A DNA stretch of 64,000 bases from Chiloscyllium plagiosum (lineage: Eukaryota), in NCBI RefSeq assembly GCF_004010195.1, contig NC_057751.1:16543426-16607425 (forward strand), written 5' to 3'. Numbering within the stretch: position 1 is the first letter of the stretch; the number at the start of each line of letters is the position of its first letter. The notes below the pieces were generated by a model. That model ran no database searches. It was not told where the DNA came from and saw only the letters and a program-made list of their open reading frames with translations. Shown piece by piece: positions 44,401 to 53,712 of the stretch. A program made the translations under genes and the position numbers.

Positions 44401-44855
44401 AGAGATGATCATTACCTTGCCTAAATATTACTTGCTGGGTTTTTTTGTTTGCCCAATCTGCTGATAGTTGGGGTCGAGACCCAGAGAAGTGTCTGACAAA
44501 CTGTGCCCAAAAGGGTTTCCACATGAGAAAGAAGCCACAACCAGGCAGGAGACTTGCACAGTGGTCAGCTTATGTTCTCCGTGCATAACCTCATTTCCTT
44601 AAAAAGCTGTTATCAGGTGGCATCTTCTTTATCAACGAGAGCTCAATGTTTCAACACGCCGCTGCTGTCTGCGAGTGGATCTTCACCGTCGACGTGCTGG
44701 TCTTTTACGGGACCTTCTCCTTCGACTTTGCCTCTATCACCAACGAGACGGTGCTGGCCATTATGAGGAGAGGGAAGAGCAAGGCGTCGAAATCCCCGGG
44801 GAGCAGTGCGTCCGCCCACCTCAACAGCAACCCAGAGAGCATCGCCATGATTTAA
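11427..44855 (+). CDS. TMEM150A: Transmembrane protein 150A (DRAM/Frag1 family), complete: join(11427-11491,16541-16588,22442-22528,25981-26048,28634-28761,31008-31185,44617-44855), 270 aa
   Basis: Spliced [47 protein letters not shown]...[33 protein letters not shown]...[23 protein letters not shown]...-GIFFINESS...[12 protein letters not shown]. 813 nt, in frame, and it matches the recalled human TMEM150A along its length. Confidence 0.96.
11625..11875. repeat. GC-rich 96-bp tandem repeat, ~2.5 near-identical copies, in TMEM150A intron 1
   Basis: TGCGCCTGCTCGC recurs at 11634, 11730 and 11826. Confidence 0.92.
13680..14140 (-). mobile_element. CR1 LINE 3' end
   Basis: TAGAGTCATAGAG tail plus reverse RT C-terminus (FFTQRVV..WNELPE). 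Confidence 0.88.
14166..14374. mobile_element. Short palindromic Penelope-type element (GGGCTTATGCCC family)
   Basis: Inverted arms GCTGGAAAAGCGCAGCAGGTCAGGCAGCATC..ACGTTTCGGGC. TSD AG(T/C)AGTTCTCAA at 14154 and 14375. Confidence 0.85.
14395..14615 (-). mobile_element. HE1-like SINE, internally deleted
   Basis: Reverse A/B boxes (GGAATCGAACC..CTAACCACTGAGCCA) and tail. Confidence 0.78.
14970..15555 (+). mobile_element. CR1 LINE 3' fragment (RT C-terminus and 3' UTR)
   Basis: [67 protein letters not shown]. Confidence 0.9.
15710..16186 (-). mobile_element. CR1 LINE 3' end
   Basis: Near-identical to 13680-14140. Confidence 0.88.
16541..16588 (+). CDS. TMEM150A: TMEM150A coding exon 2
   Basis: TTTCAG acceptor, [16 protein letters not shown], donor GTACG. 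Confidence 0.95.
17660..18375 (-). mobile_element. CR1 LINE 3' end, interrupted at 17791-18011
   Basis: Same family; ORF-track peptide [23 protein letters not shown]. Confidence 0.88.
17791..18011. mobile_element. Short palindromic Penelope-type element inserted in a CR1 3' end
   Basis: ~83-bp inverted arms at 17830-17912 and 17928-18010. CTGATGA-AGGGCTTTTGCCC-GAAACGTC at 17919-17946. Confidence 0.85.
18388..19430 (-). mobile_element. Degenerate Penelope-like element (GIY-YIG remnant) interrupted by a younger palindromic insertion
   Basis: Minus-strand peptide [36 protein letters not shown]. Hammerhead-like CTGATGA..GAAAC near 18393-18420 on the minus strand. Confidence 0.8.
18867..19230. 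mobile_element. Palindromic Penelope-type terminal element (GGAGCGTCGCTCC family)
   Basis: Inverted arms each carry CTGACGA-AGGAGCGTCGCTCC-GAAAGCTA. TSD TGGCTACAGGAAG at 18854 and 19231. NN gap in the centre. Confidence 0.85.
19620..20380 (-). mobile_element. Older CR1 LINE 3' end, interrupted at 20126-20294
   Basis: Diverged similarity to the same CR1 3' end. Confidence 0.8.
20126..20294. mobile_element. Short palindromic Penelope-type element inserted in a CR1
   Basis: Perfect 14-bp TSD AACGTCTTACCTAT at 20112 and 20295; inverted arms. Confidence 0.87.
20785..21066 (-). mobile_element. HE1-like SINE
   Basis: Reverse similarity to 40400-40715, with a (GATTA)n tail. Confidence 0.85.
21930..22215 (-). 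mobile_element. Penelope-type terminal fragment of a third family, with hammerhead core and an 18-bp internal tandem repeat
   Basis: Minus strand CCA-CTGAAGA-TGTTACC GAGTA GGGTGAC-GAAACGTC-TGG at 21996-22035. (GTGGTGTCATTTCCTGTG)-like unit x4 at ~22100-22170. Confidence 0.7.
22442..22528 (+). CDS. TMEM150A: TMEM150A coding exon 3
   Basis: CCCCAAG acceptor, [29 protein letters not shown], donor GTAGG. Confidence 0.93.
23024..23350 (-). mobile_element. CR1 LINE 3' end
   Basis: [33 protein letters not shown]. Confidence 0.88.
24990..25500 (+). mobile_element. 3' end of a second non-LTR (CR1/L2-group) LINE family; related fragments at ~26780-26900, 42660-42925, 60520-60910, 61460-61825 and 62300-62480
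   Basis: Recurrent GGACAAGGGCAGCAG..ACATGGGAACACCACCCCCTGCAAGTTCCCCTCCGAGCC block; degenerate KAQVR..EYSPLAW..LDTIQ RT tail. Confidence 0.65.
25981..26048 (+). CDS. TMEM150A: TMEM150A coding exon 4
   Basis: CTACAG acceptor, [22 protein letters not shown], donor GTGAGT. Confidence 0.95.
27509..27900. repeat. ~70-bp tandem repeat, 4 good copies plus a degenerate tail
   Basis: CTTTACTCTGTATCTAACCCCGTGCTGTCCCTGTCCTGGGAGTGTTTGATGGGG at ~27509, 27580, 27650 and 27721. Confidence 0.92.
27910..28405 (+). mobile_element. CR1 LINE 3' fragment (different subfamily)
   Basis: [44 protein letters not shown]. Confidence 0.82.
28634..28761 (+). CDS. TMEM150A: TMEM150A coding exon 5
   Basis: TTCCAG acceptor, [42 protein letters not shown], donor GTAAGG. 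Confidence 0.95.
30270..30745 (-). mobile_element. Degenerate CR1 3' end
   Basis: [29 protein letters not shown]. Confidence 0.78.
31008..31185 (+). CDS. TMEM150A: TMEM150A coding exon 6
   Basis: CCCCAG acceptor, [32 protein letters not shown]...ISLVL, U12-type donor GTATCCTT at 31186. Confidence 0.95.
31325..32380. mobile_element. Nested CR1 fragments (+ strand copy interrupted by a - strand copy), containing an N gap at 31842-32039
   Basis: [14 protein letters not shown] on the + strand, a reverse CR1 3' end at ~31630-32140, then the + copy resumes. Confidence 0.8.
32581..32727 (+). pseudogene. Diverged partial duplicate of the TMEM150A exon 6 3' end plus the U12 donor and intron start
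   Basis: Aligns to ~31096-31272 with a ~30-nt deletion and retains GTATCCTT at 32642-32649. Confidence 0.88.
32985..33280 (+). mobile_element. Degenerate HE1-like SINE
   Basis: CCCACAGTCCAAAGATATGCAGGTTAGGGTGGATTGGCCATG core. Confidence 0.72.
33912..34800 (-). mobile_element. CR1 LINE 3' fragment
   Basis: [36 protein letters not shown]. Confidence 0.82.
34885..35300 (+). mobile_element. Old Deu-domain SINE (SacSINE1/AmnSINE1-like)
   Basis: GTAAAAGATCCCA..GAAGAGC..CCCCAGTGTGCTGGCCAATAT..GCTGTTTGCAGGGATCTTGCTGTGC..TTGGCTGTGAAGTGCTTTG resembles the recalled Deu-domain consensus. Confidence 0.7.
36140..36805 (-). mobile_element. CR1 LINE 3' fragment with an N gap at 36374-36445
   Basis: [36 protein letters not shown]. 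Confidence 0.85.
37450..37970 (+). mobile_element. CR1 LINE 3' fragment with an N gap at 37650-37876
   Basis: [40 protein letters not shown]. Confidence 0.87.
40400..40715 (+). mobile_element. Full-length tRNA-derived V-SINE (HE1-like)
   Basis: A box TGGCACAGTGG at 40411, B box GGTTCAATTCC at 40455, central GGAGTTTGCACATTCTCCCCGTGTCTGCGTGGGTTTCCTCCGGGTGCTCCGG domain, CR1-like tail ending (TAATC)n. Confidence 0.9.
41030..41262. mobile_element. Palindromic Penelope-type terminal element (GGGTC..GACCC subfamily)
   Basis: Inverted arms GACTTGCTGGAAAAACTCAGCAGGTCTGGCAGC..CAGAGTTAACGTTTC / GAAACGTTAACTCTG..GCTGCCAGACCTGCTGAGCTTTTCCAGCAAGTC. Confidence 0.8.
41275..41975 (+). mobile_element. 5'-truncated Penelope-like retroelement: GIY-YIG endonuclease remnant plus 3' terminal hammerhead motif
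   Basis: Frame from 41279 reads RRCKTCAHT...[36 protein letters not shown]...PVAQHFN...[11 protein letters not shown], then frameshifts. CTGAAGA..GAAACGTC at 41889-41916. 12-bp TSD GGCTTAAGCTCT at 41263-41274 and 41976-41987. Confidence 0.9.
43235..43670 (+). mobile_element. Degenerate CR1 3' end
   Basis: CTGGAGAGGGTTCAGAAGAGATTTAC..GGGCCGAAGGGTCTGTTTCC tail. Confidence 0.75.
43802..44397 (-). mobile_element. Penelope-type terminal element, same family as 51144-52072
   Basis: Shares AAAAATCACACCACACCAGGTTATA..GCGTCGCTCCTTCATCAGG and the internal region. TSD CTTAG(G/A)GATGAT at 43790 and 44398. Confidence 0.82.
44617..44855 (+). CDS. TMEM150A: TMEM150A coding exon 7 (last)
   Basis: U12-type branch site TTCCTTAA then [36 protein letters not shown]...ESIAMI, TAA. 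Confidence 0.95.
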
Positions 44856-47800
44856 TTGCTGCAGACTGGAATCTACAGTCACCCTCCCTGATTCAGAGCT
44901 GCGCACGGGTTCTGAGGTAAAATGTGAATTGATGGCTGCGTGTCGTGTACCACGCCCCTTTATTTCTCCCAAAATGGCAGTGCAGAGCTTGAATAATCCT
45001 GAAACGAGACACTTGTGGTCAAATCCTAACCTCATTTGGACCTACACGAGAATACCAAATTCTATCATCGGGAGCCAATAGTTTGCTTTTGTGATGGCAC
45101 CGCCCTGGCCCGTCAGAGTCCAGCTGCGCTCTGCCCCCTTGTGGTAGAAATTGCGCTGCTCATTTGGAATTTGGCATTCTTGCACTGAAGTCCTGAAGAA
45201 AGCGCCGGGCGGAAAAAAAAAAGTGCGTTGCATCTGTTTGCCACACATTGTCATTTCCTGCAGCCGAAACGCGGCTCTGCTGGCTTGTTGTTAGGCTCCC
45301 TGCGAAGAAAGGAGAAGCAACACCTAAGGGACAAACCCTCCCAATCGAAGGGAAAGTGGCAGGGAATGCTGTAGCCGGGTGACGGTGCCTGGGCCTTCAC
45401 TAGGTGACAATTAGCACCACAGTCATCCAGGCCGTCGTCTTACCGGTTCTGTGGTAAATCTTGGTACCAATGTAAGTTTGAGTGAACCGAAAAAGAAAGG
45501 GAGTGGTGCAGTCCTGTTGAATCAGCAAGCACGGTACATTTCAGCGACACCAATTTCCCATAAATGTGGGCTGTAATCTTGTTTTTTTTTTCCTCTCTCT
45601 CACGTACAGTGTGTGACCCCAGGTAGCTGAAAGGTAGATAACACTGCCATTCTCTAGACGCACATCACTTTCGATTGTGCATTTGATCTCCCCATCCCAG
45701 GCGTTCACTTATTTTTGTCTCCGTCACGAGGTAGAGAGAGTATTAAACACAAAAGAAGTGGGTACGGCTTTCAGATCAAAGGTAGTTTTCTTTGATCGGT
45801 TTTTGACACTTTTTATTTGTCCACAAACGAAGATAGGTCCCCTGCTCTGAGTTGGCTTACCTGGGCCGAAAGAAGGGGCTGCGCTTGGAGGGGGGAGTGG
45901 GTGGGTGCTGTCGGGATACGTCAGGTGCATTCCTTGTGAGCCCACCAACCACTTGTACACTTTCCTGGCTAGGACTTCTCGGACCAGGAGCAGGAGATTA
46001 CTTCCCTCCCCTTGTTGGAGCTAGTTCCTGCTGCTCCCTGCCATACAGTAGAGGCCACACAGGCTCCTGTGACCGAATCTCCCATGCCCTCAATAAGATA
46101 GGCATGCTTTAAACACAGGGAGAGCCAGTACATATTTCCGGTTCCTCACCTTAGGATTGGAAGGTGTGATGTGTGCTGGGCACTTCCAAAACAGTGAAGC
46201 TGAACGAGTCTGCAGGGGCCAACACAAAGAGCTGACCTGTTTATTCACGTGGGCAAACGATGGGTTATCCTACTCTACCGTCGGTGGTTTGGTGAGGGAT
46301 TGGGTGGGTAGGAGGGGGTTTAAACTGATGAGTAAAGAGGGGGAAGCAAAAAAGGTTACCCTCTTTGCTAAGGGGGCCAAGCTAGCCAATCGGCATTCGA
46401 GCCTGAAAGAGTGGCCGCTGTCATGGTTACAGAGCGGACAGAGAGAGACCTTCACCTTACTCTGCCGTCCAGGCGGACTCTGGCTGAGCTGTCAGCTAAC
46501 TCTACGCTGCACGACTTTTGTCCCACGTAACTTTTGTCAACAAAAAGTCTTTATCAATCTCAGGTTTAAAATCTACAGTTGAATGTGTGCCAGGTTGCTG
46601 TTTGAGGGAGTTCCAAACGTTGACCGTCCTTCGTAGAACTGTTTCCTAATTTCACTCCTGAAGGCTCTGGCTGTATCACTTTTAAGACTTGTAGACCTGG
46701 ACGCCCCAACCGGTGGGAACTGTGTCTCGCTGTTTAGTCTCGGTGTCTTCCCTTTCATTTGGATGGAAAATTGTCAGCTCAGTGTGAGGCAAAACCGCTC
46801 CCAGCGTTGTACTCTTGTGCCCTCGAAGTGCGGTTAAAAAGGACCAAGTGGGTCACGGACAGATGGGGAAGACTTGCCTTTTATAGAGTGCTCTCTCGGC
46901 ATCAGACACTGCAAACTACTTCGGAGCCAACGAAGGTGATTTAAAATGAGCCCAGACAGCTCGCCTCACTATCTGGATCCGTTTATGTGTATCACTTCAT
47001 ATCCATGTCCATGAAATGTGATTTCTGAAGTTTATTTCCACACCCTGGAGCCGGAAATACCAGCTTCTCATGGAAGAGAATCTTAAAAATAAAAATCCCA
47101 GCTCTTTGGTTAAAGGATGCTGTATCACAGTTTGCTGGGGTGTGCAGATTCTGCACTGCAGGGAAGACTGGGTCAGCCTCACTTGTAGGTGACTGTACGT
47201 CTGAATTACAGACACCCCCTCGCCCTTGCCGGGGAGTTAGATTCCTGACTGAGGTGTTGCTGCTCCCTGAAGCTGTTAACACACCCTTACCTACTCAGCA
47301 TGGTCATCGGTCTCTGAGCATTCACTCGGGCCCTGTGCCCAGTACGATTGGCACATTGTTGTGAAATACAAAACCACCCCCACTGGCACTGTGCAGGAGT
47401 TGCGGTCTGTTGGTCAGTAAACCTCGAGGAGAAGCCTCATCTCACTCTCCAACTCCAAACAAGCCCTTGGAGTCACCAGCTCATTGGCGTTGACTTAACG
47501 TTTGTGTACAGCACAAATCTGGAACACTGGCTATAAAGTCAAGTTGGCTTCCGATTAGCGCCCCCCCCCACTGGATTGAAATCGGGGAGGGTAGGGGTTT
47601 GAATGCTGTGAACGATAAATTCACTCCAAATTTAAAATGAAAAGCTGCTTACAAGAGGGGTTTATATCAACGAGAGTGCCTGGAATTCTTCAGGCGCTCG
47701 AGGAATGTTAAACAGAAGAGAAACTAGGTTCGTTAACCACAACGATACAACCCCTTCTAACTGCCTCAGGACCACAGACTGCTCCCAGACACCACAACTA

Positions 47801-48105
47801 CTTTTGAAGAGCTAACGCTTCGATGGTTGGACAGATCTGAGGGCGGGGGGGAAAGAAAACACGTCCTCTGGCTTTGTCTGTTTTGAATTTATTTATTTTT
47901 TAAGAAAAGGGAAACACTCGCTTACTGTGAAATTTTGTAACAAAATCTTTTTAAATTCTTCTGTCTCGACGTCAGAGGCCTTGTCTTTTCACCAGGTTCC
48001 TGCAGAAGAAATGTTCAACACTACCGCGGAAATTGTCCTGTGTCGGAGCCTTGAACTGAACCACCAACTTCAAAAATCATGCGTCAGGAATTGCATTTTT
48101 TTAAA

Positions 48106-48111
48106 AATAAA
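48106..48111 (+). terminator. Candidate TMEM150A polyadenylation signal (implies a ~3.3 kb 3' UTR)
   Basis: AATAAA followed by GT/T-rich sequence, at the end of a stretch without recognisable TEs after the stop codon. An alternative AATAAA lies at 47088. Confidence 0.5.
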
Positions 48112-49784
48112 CGTATTTTTAAATGTTGTCGTTCCGTTTCTCTCTTGACCACTCTGTTGCACCCATTTTCTCTCACAGGGAATTTAGTCCTAACAAGCAC
48201 CATCCTTTTGGGCAATATTTTAGTAAATCTTATTCTTTTGTTTGCCCCGGCACTCCAAGCTGCAAGTATATTCCCCCTAAGGTTGCAATCCAGACCATCC
48301 TTTACCTCATGGAATGGTTCCTGCACTCCCACTGCCCCATCGAAGCGAAACTGAACAAATACAGGTAGGTCTCCTTTCTGATGGTGGACTCTATTCCACT
48401 TTCCCTGTCTACTCACATACCCCATATCCTCTGCCTCCCTTGTCAATCAAGATTTGAACTACGGAAGTGATTAGGACTTTAGGTCAAGTTACCAAATGAG
48501 GCAAAATGTATGAGCAGCTCCTTACTGTTTTGTATGAGGTCACACTCTAGATGAAAACACTTTGTGATATTCAAGTTTAGACCATGCTGCACACGTGACA
48601 TGCCTGAACTTTAAACAACGCCAGATCCAAAAGCAAAGCCTTTCTATTTTGTAACGTTCTGTTTCTTTATCCTGAGACCTTAACAACAATCAGTTTTCGT
48701 TTATACAAAATGGGGGTGAAGGATCATTATTCAAACTCAGAGAAAATGTTGACCAACATTTCTTTAAACAAATCTCATAATTTCAGCCTATTTCAACCTC
48801 TCCCTATGGCTCCTAGCAACATCCTTGTAAATCTTTTCTGCACCTTTTCAGGTTTAACGTCTTTCCTACAGCAAGGAGACCAGAACTGAAGGCAGTGGCC
48901 TAACCAGTGTCCATACAGCTGCAACATGACCTCCCAACTTATTTACTTAATGCACTGACCAATAAAAGCATGCCTTCATCGCTACCCTGTTCTACCTGTA
49001 ACTCCACCTTCAACCTGCAACGCAAGGTCACTTTGTTCAGCAACACTCCTCAGGGACCTACCATTTAAGTGGGTAAGTCCTGCCCTACACTCCGCTCAAC
49101 GACTTTGCAGAGATAACTACACAAAAGACTGAACTAAAATTATATATATTTTTTTAAATCTGGTGTCTGCAGGCACTTCCTGTCTGTTTTTTCTTCCCCC
49201 ACTTCATATCACTGTTGTGTCAAACTAGAATTTGGACGCTTACCATGTCGTGTAAGTCTTGGCTCCACAGTTTCAATTGGCAACAGGGGGTGATTGTGGC
49301 ATGTTTACATGATTTCCACTTTAAATGTCTAACGAGGAACTTACAATGACAACCTCAAAATCAGGGCTGGATTGACTACATACGCACCCTTCCAAATTAT
49401 ACTTCAGTCACTGCACTGGTCCGCAAATCTATATTCGGTCTCGATGTCCCACGCATGCCACATTTGTGCTATATATTGCTTAGCTATCTCCAGAAGCTAT
49501 ATCCTAAACCTTGGGATTGTAAAGAGCTACAGTGATGAATTTAAATATTCCCAAGATCTACTGTGCTCAATCCAAGGACCATCTGCAACCTTATTCTTCG
49601 GCTCAAAGGAAGGTTTGACAGAGGTGTAAAAACATTATGACGGAGATGAAAGGAATGGGTTTGTAATTTTGTAGGAGGGTCCTTTGATAAGAGTGGGAAT
49701 CAGTACCAGCTTGACTGCTCCCCTCAGTGACACTATCATCCTGTGAGCAATGTTACATTTAAGTCTTTCATCCGATGCACTTAC

Positions 49785-51005
49785 AGTCATTGAGATGTAC
49801 AGCATGGAAAAGACATGCCAACCAGATATCCTAAATTAATCTAGTCCCATACCACTAAATCCTTCCTATTCATCCAGATGCATTTTAAATGTAATTGTAA
49901 CAGTCTCGACCGCTCCCTCTGACAGCTCATTCCATACAGGCACCACCTTCTGCAATGAAAATGTTGTCCTTTGGGTACCTTTTACATCTTTCCCCTCTCA
50001 CTTTAAACCTGTGCCCTCTAGTTTTAGACTCCCCCGGCCTGGGAAAAAGATCTTGGCTACTCACCCTATCCATGCCCCTTTTAGTTTTATAAACCTCTCG
50101 AGGAGGTCACCCTTCAGTTCAAAGGAAAACAGCCCCAGCCTGTTCAGCCTCTCCCTATAACTCAAACTCTCCAACCCCGGCAACATCCTTGCAAATCTTT
50201 TCTGCACCCTTTCAGGTTTAACGACATCTTTCTTACCGCAAGGAGAGCAGAATTAAACGCAGTATTCCAAAGTGGCCTACCCGATGTCCTGTACAGTCAC
50301 AACAGAATGTCCCAACTCCTATACTCAGTGCATAGACCAATAAAGGAAAGCATACCAAATGCCGCCTTCACTATCCTATCTACCTGCGACTCTGCTTTAA
50401 AGGAACTATGAACCTGCCCTCCAAGGTCTCTGTTCGGCAGCACTCCCCAGGGCCCTACCATAAAGTGGATGAGTCCTGCACTGATTTGCCAGAACCCAGT
50501 CATATTCCATGCAAAGTCCATCAACTTCAACTATGCTAAGGATGAAAGCACCATGGGGTTGTACTCCTATTTGCAGTGTGTTGAAAGTAGCTGGGTGGCA
50601 GATGGAGTTAAATTCAGATAAATGATAAGGCAAATCAAGGCAGGGCTTATACAGTTTGGTGTCTGTGCTACACCTGGACCTGACAAGCACCAAATCAGGA
50701 CTTATACACTTAATGCCAGGGTCCTGGGGAGTGTTGCCGAACAAAGAGAGCTTTGGGGTGCAGGTCCATTGTTCCTCAAAGGTGGGGTCACATGTAGGTA
50801 GGATGGCGAAGAAGGCGTTTGGTACGCTTTATTGGTCAGTGCGTTGAGTATAGGAATTGGGAGGTCATGATGCGGCTGTCACAATGATAAGGGCACTTTT
50901 GGAATACGGTGTTCAATTCTGGCAAATGGGACTAGATTGGGTTGGGATATCTGGGTCAGCATGGCCAAGATGGGCCGAAGGGTCTGTTTCTGCGCTGTAT
51001 GACTC
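49785..51005. mobile_element. Two divergently oriented CR1 3' fragments (- strand ~49785-50490, + strand ~50570-51005)
   Basis: [27 protein letters not shown] on the - strand; GVQVHCSSKVGSHVGRMAKKAFG on the + strand. Confidence 0.8.
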
Positions 51006-51143
51006 TAGTTGCCTCACGCGCTGTGTCAGCGCCAGGCTTTGATGCCGTCCATGCGCACACGCAGTGTCAGCTCCGGGCCATGGGTCGGTCCACGTGTGCG
51101 TGGATGTCAGCTGCCGGCAGTGACAGATCACTGGACAGACAGT

Positions 51144-52072
51144 CATGATGTGGAGGGGGCTGGTGCAGGACTGGGGTGGACAAAGTTAAAAATCACACCA
51201 CACCAGGTTATACGCCAACTGGTTTAATTGGAAGCACACTCGCTTTCGGAGCGACGCTCCTTCATCCGGTGGTTGTGGAGGACCCAAGTGTAAGATGCAG
51301 AATTTATAGCAAAAATTTACAGTGTGATGGAATGGAAATTATACACTGAAAAATACCTCGATTGTTTGTTAAGTCTCTCATCTGTTAGAGTGACCATGTT
51401 AGTTTCACTTCTTTCATGTGTAAATCAAAAATTCTTTTTTTAAAAAGTTACATTCTCAGGTTCACTTTAACAGTTGGTGTCAGCCCAGCTAATATGTTGA
51501 AGGTGTTAGCTCCCTGTGTGCTGTTGTCTGTGCCATAGTGTTTAGACCGATTCTAATCTAAAAAATGAGTTCACAGAGTCTTACATGGTCACATACACAT
51601 ATATGTTTGTGGGGTGGATTTGTGCTGGGCTGGCAGAGTTGTACTTTGCCCAAAAACTGCATGAATCCATGTAAGACTCTGTAACCTCGTTTCTTAGATT
51701 AGAGTCAGTCTAAACACTATGGCACAGACAACAGCACACAGGGAGCTAACACCTTCAATATATTACCTGGGGCTGACACCAACTGTTAAAGTGAACCTGA
51801 GAGTGTAACTTTTTAAAAAAGGTTTTGTGATTTAAACATGAAAGAAGTGAAACTATCATGGTATTCGAACAGATGAAAGACTCAACAGACAATCAAGGTA
51901 TTTTTCAGTGTATAATTTCAGGTACATCACACTGGAAACCTTTGCTATAAATTCTGTGTCTTACAATTGTGTCGTCCACTATCACCTGATGAAGGAGCGT
52001 CGCTCCGAAAGCTAGTGTGCTTCCAATTAAACCTGTTGGACTCTAACCTGGTGTTGTGTGACTTTTTGACTT
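51144..52072. mobile_element. Large palindromic Penelope-type element with ~410-bp inverted arms
   Basis: Arms ~51181-51590 and ~51660-52072. Hammerhead core at 51986-52014. TSD TGGA(C/T)AGACAGT at 51132 and 52073. Confidence 0.87.
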
Positions 52073-52499
52073 TGGATAGACAGTAGCTTTCTTACATTTT
52101 AAAAAAATGTACGGTATTAAATTTACCTTTGTTTCATTAATAAATATGATTTCAACCTTCATTCAAGCTGCGCTATACTTTGCGTTAGACTTTTGGGTGA
52201 TTTTTGAGCGGTTTTTTTTTGCTGTTCTGCCCCTGATCCCACTCATCCCATAGACCCCATTATTTCTATTAAGCAAGGTTTTGCTCAAATGCAACTACGA
52301 CATTATTGGAGAACTACCTGTATATTTACAAGTTGTTTCAAAGGCCAATTCCAGCAGAGTAAATCTGGCTCACCATGGGAGCTGTGCTTGTGTATATAAA
52401 TGCGTTCTTAAGGGCAAACAACTCCACTCATTGAGCAGATGCGCTATGTGTGGCCACAGTGCCTTGTGGAACTGAAAGGCACGCATCGGAGCCTTGTGC

Positions 52500-53265
52500 T
52501 TTCCGGGCATAACAGCAGTAGAAATAGCAGCAGGAATAGGCCATCTGGCCCTACCTGGCCTGCTCTGCCATTCAACAAGATCACGGCTTATCGTTTTGTG
52601 AACTCGGTTCCACTTCAAACATCTATCTGCCTTAAAAACATTCAACAAGGTAGCCTCAGCTGTTTGACTGGGCAGGGAATGCCACAGATTCACAATTCTT
52701 TGGGTGACAGAGTTCCTCCTCAGCACCGTCTAAATTTGCTCCCCCCCCCGCCCCTTTATTTGAGGCTCTGCCCCATAATTCTAATTTCACCCGCCAGTGG
52801 AAACAACCTCCCTGCTTCTAACTTATCTATTCCATATTTCTATAAGATTCCACCCCCCCCCCCCCATTCTGCTAAATTCCAGTGAGTATAGTCCCAGTCT
52901 ACTCAATTTCTCCTCATAAGCCAACGCTCTCAACTCAGGAGACAACCTGGTGAACCTCCTCTGCATCCCCCTCCAGTGCCAGTACATCCTTTCTCAAGTA
53001 GAGACCAAAACTGGACACAGTACTCCAGGTATGGCCTCACCAGCACCCTCCATAGCTGCAGCATAACCTGTTTTTAAACTCATCCCTCTCGCAATGAAGG
53101 ACAACATTCCATTCGCCTTCTTAATTATCGACTTTTTGCGATTTGTACAAAGACACCCAGATCCTTCTGCACAGCAGCATGCTGCAGTTTTTCACCATTT
53201 AAGTACTAGTTTGTGTTGCTGTTAATCCTACCAAAATGGGGACCTCGCATTTATCATCCATCCAT
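52500..53265 (-). mobile_element. CR1-type LINE 3' fragment (another subfamily)
   Basis: RRNSVTQRIVNLWHSLP; reverse LVRPYLEYCVQFWS. Confidence 0.78.
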
Positions 53266-53712
53266 CTGCCCACTCACTTAACCAAGCCAGTGGGGAAAAG
53301 TAAAATGGATAATCCAAGTTATATTCTCAGACATTTGCTGCTCTTTGCCCTCGGTCCAGAATCGGTCACAGTGTTCCAAATTCAGAAGGGGAATTCTCAG
53401 TCAGGTCATGCACTGTGGTGTATGGCCACTATTGGAGAACGGAATTAAGCTCCATTAGGATCTCCAAGTCAGTTGAGTCTTACTGACGCTCGACACCCCC
53501 ATTCGGCTGAGGAAGAAGGGTTGTGAACCGAAGTAGAGAAGAAAACTGGCCTGCAGAAACGTCACGGCCTACAATTTCCAGGTAGCTACTGCCACCTCTG
53601 TGATTGCACCGAGATTATTTGAACCCCAAAGTCAAAAGCCACAAGGTGACAACAAGAGGATAGGTTCCATCAATCCCTTTTCTCATGATAGAAGTGAGTT
53701 ATCCCATTGTAG

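Larger units (their letters stand above)
31186..44616 (+). other. U12-type (minor spliceosome) GT-AG intron of TMEM150A
   Basis: 5' splice site GTATCCTTA. Branch site TTCCTTAA at 44595-44602, ~14 nt before the AG, with no polypyrimidine tract. Confidence 0.9.
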
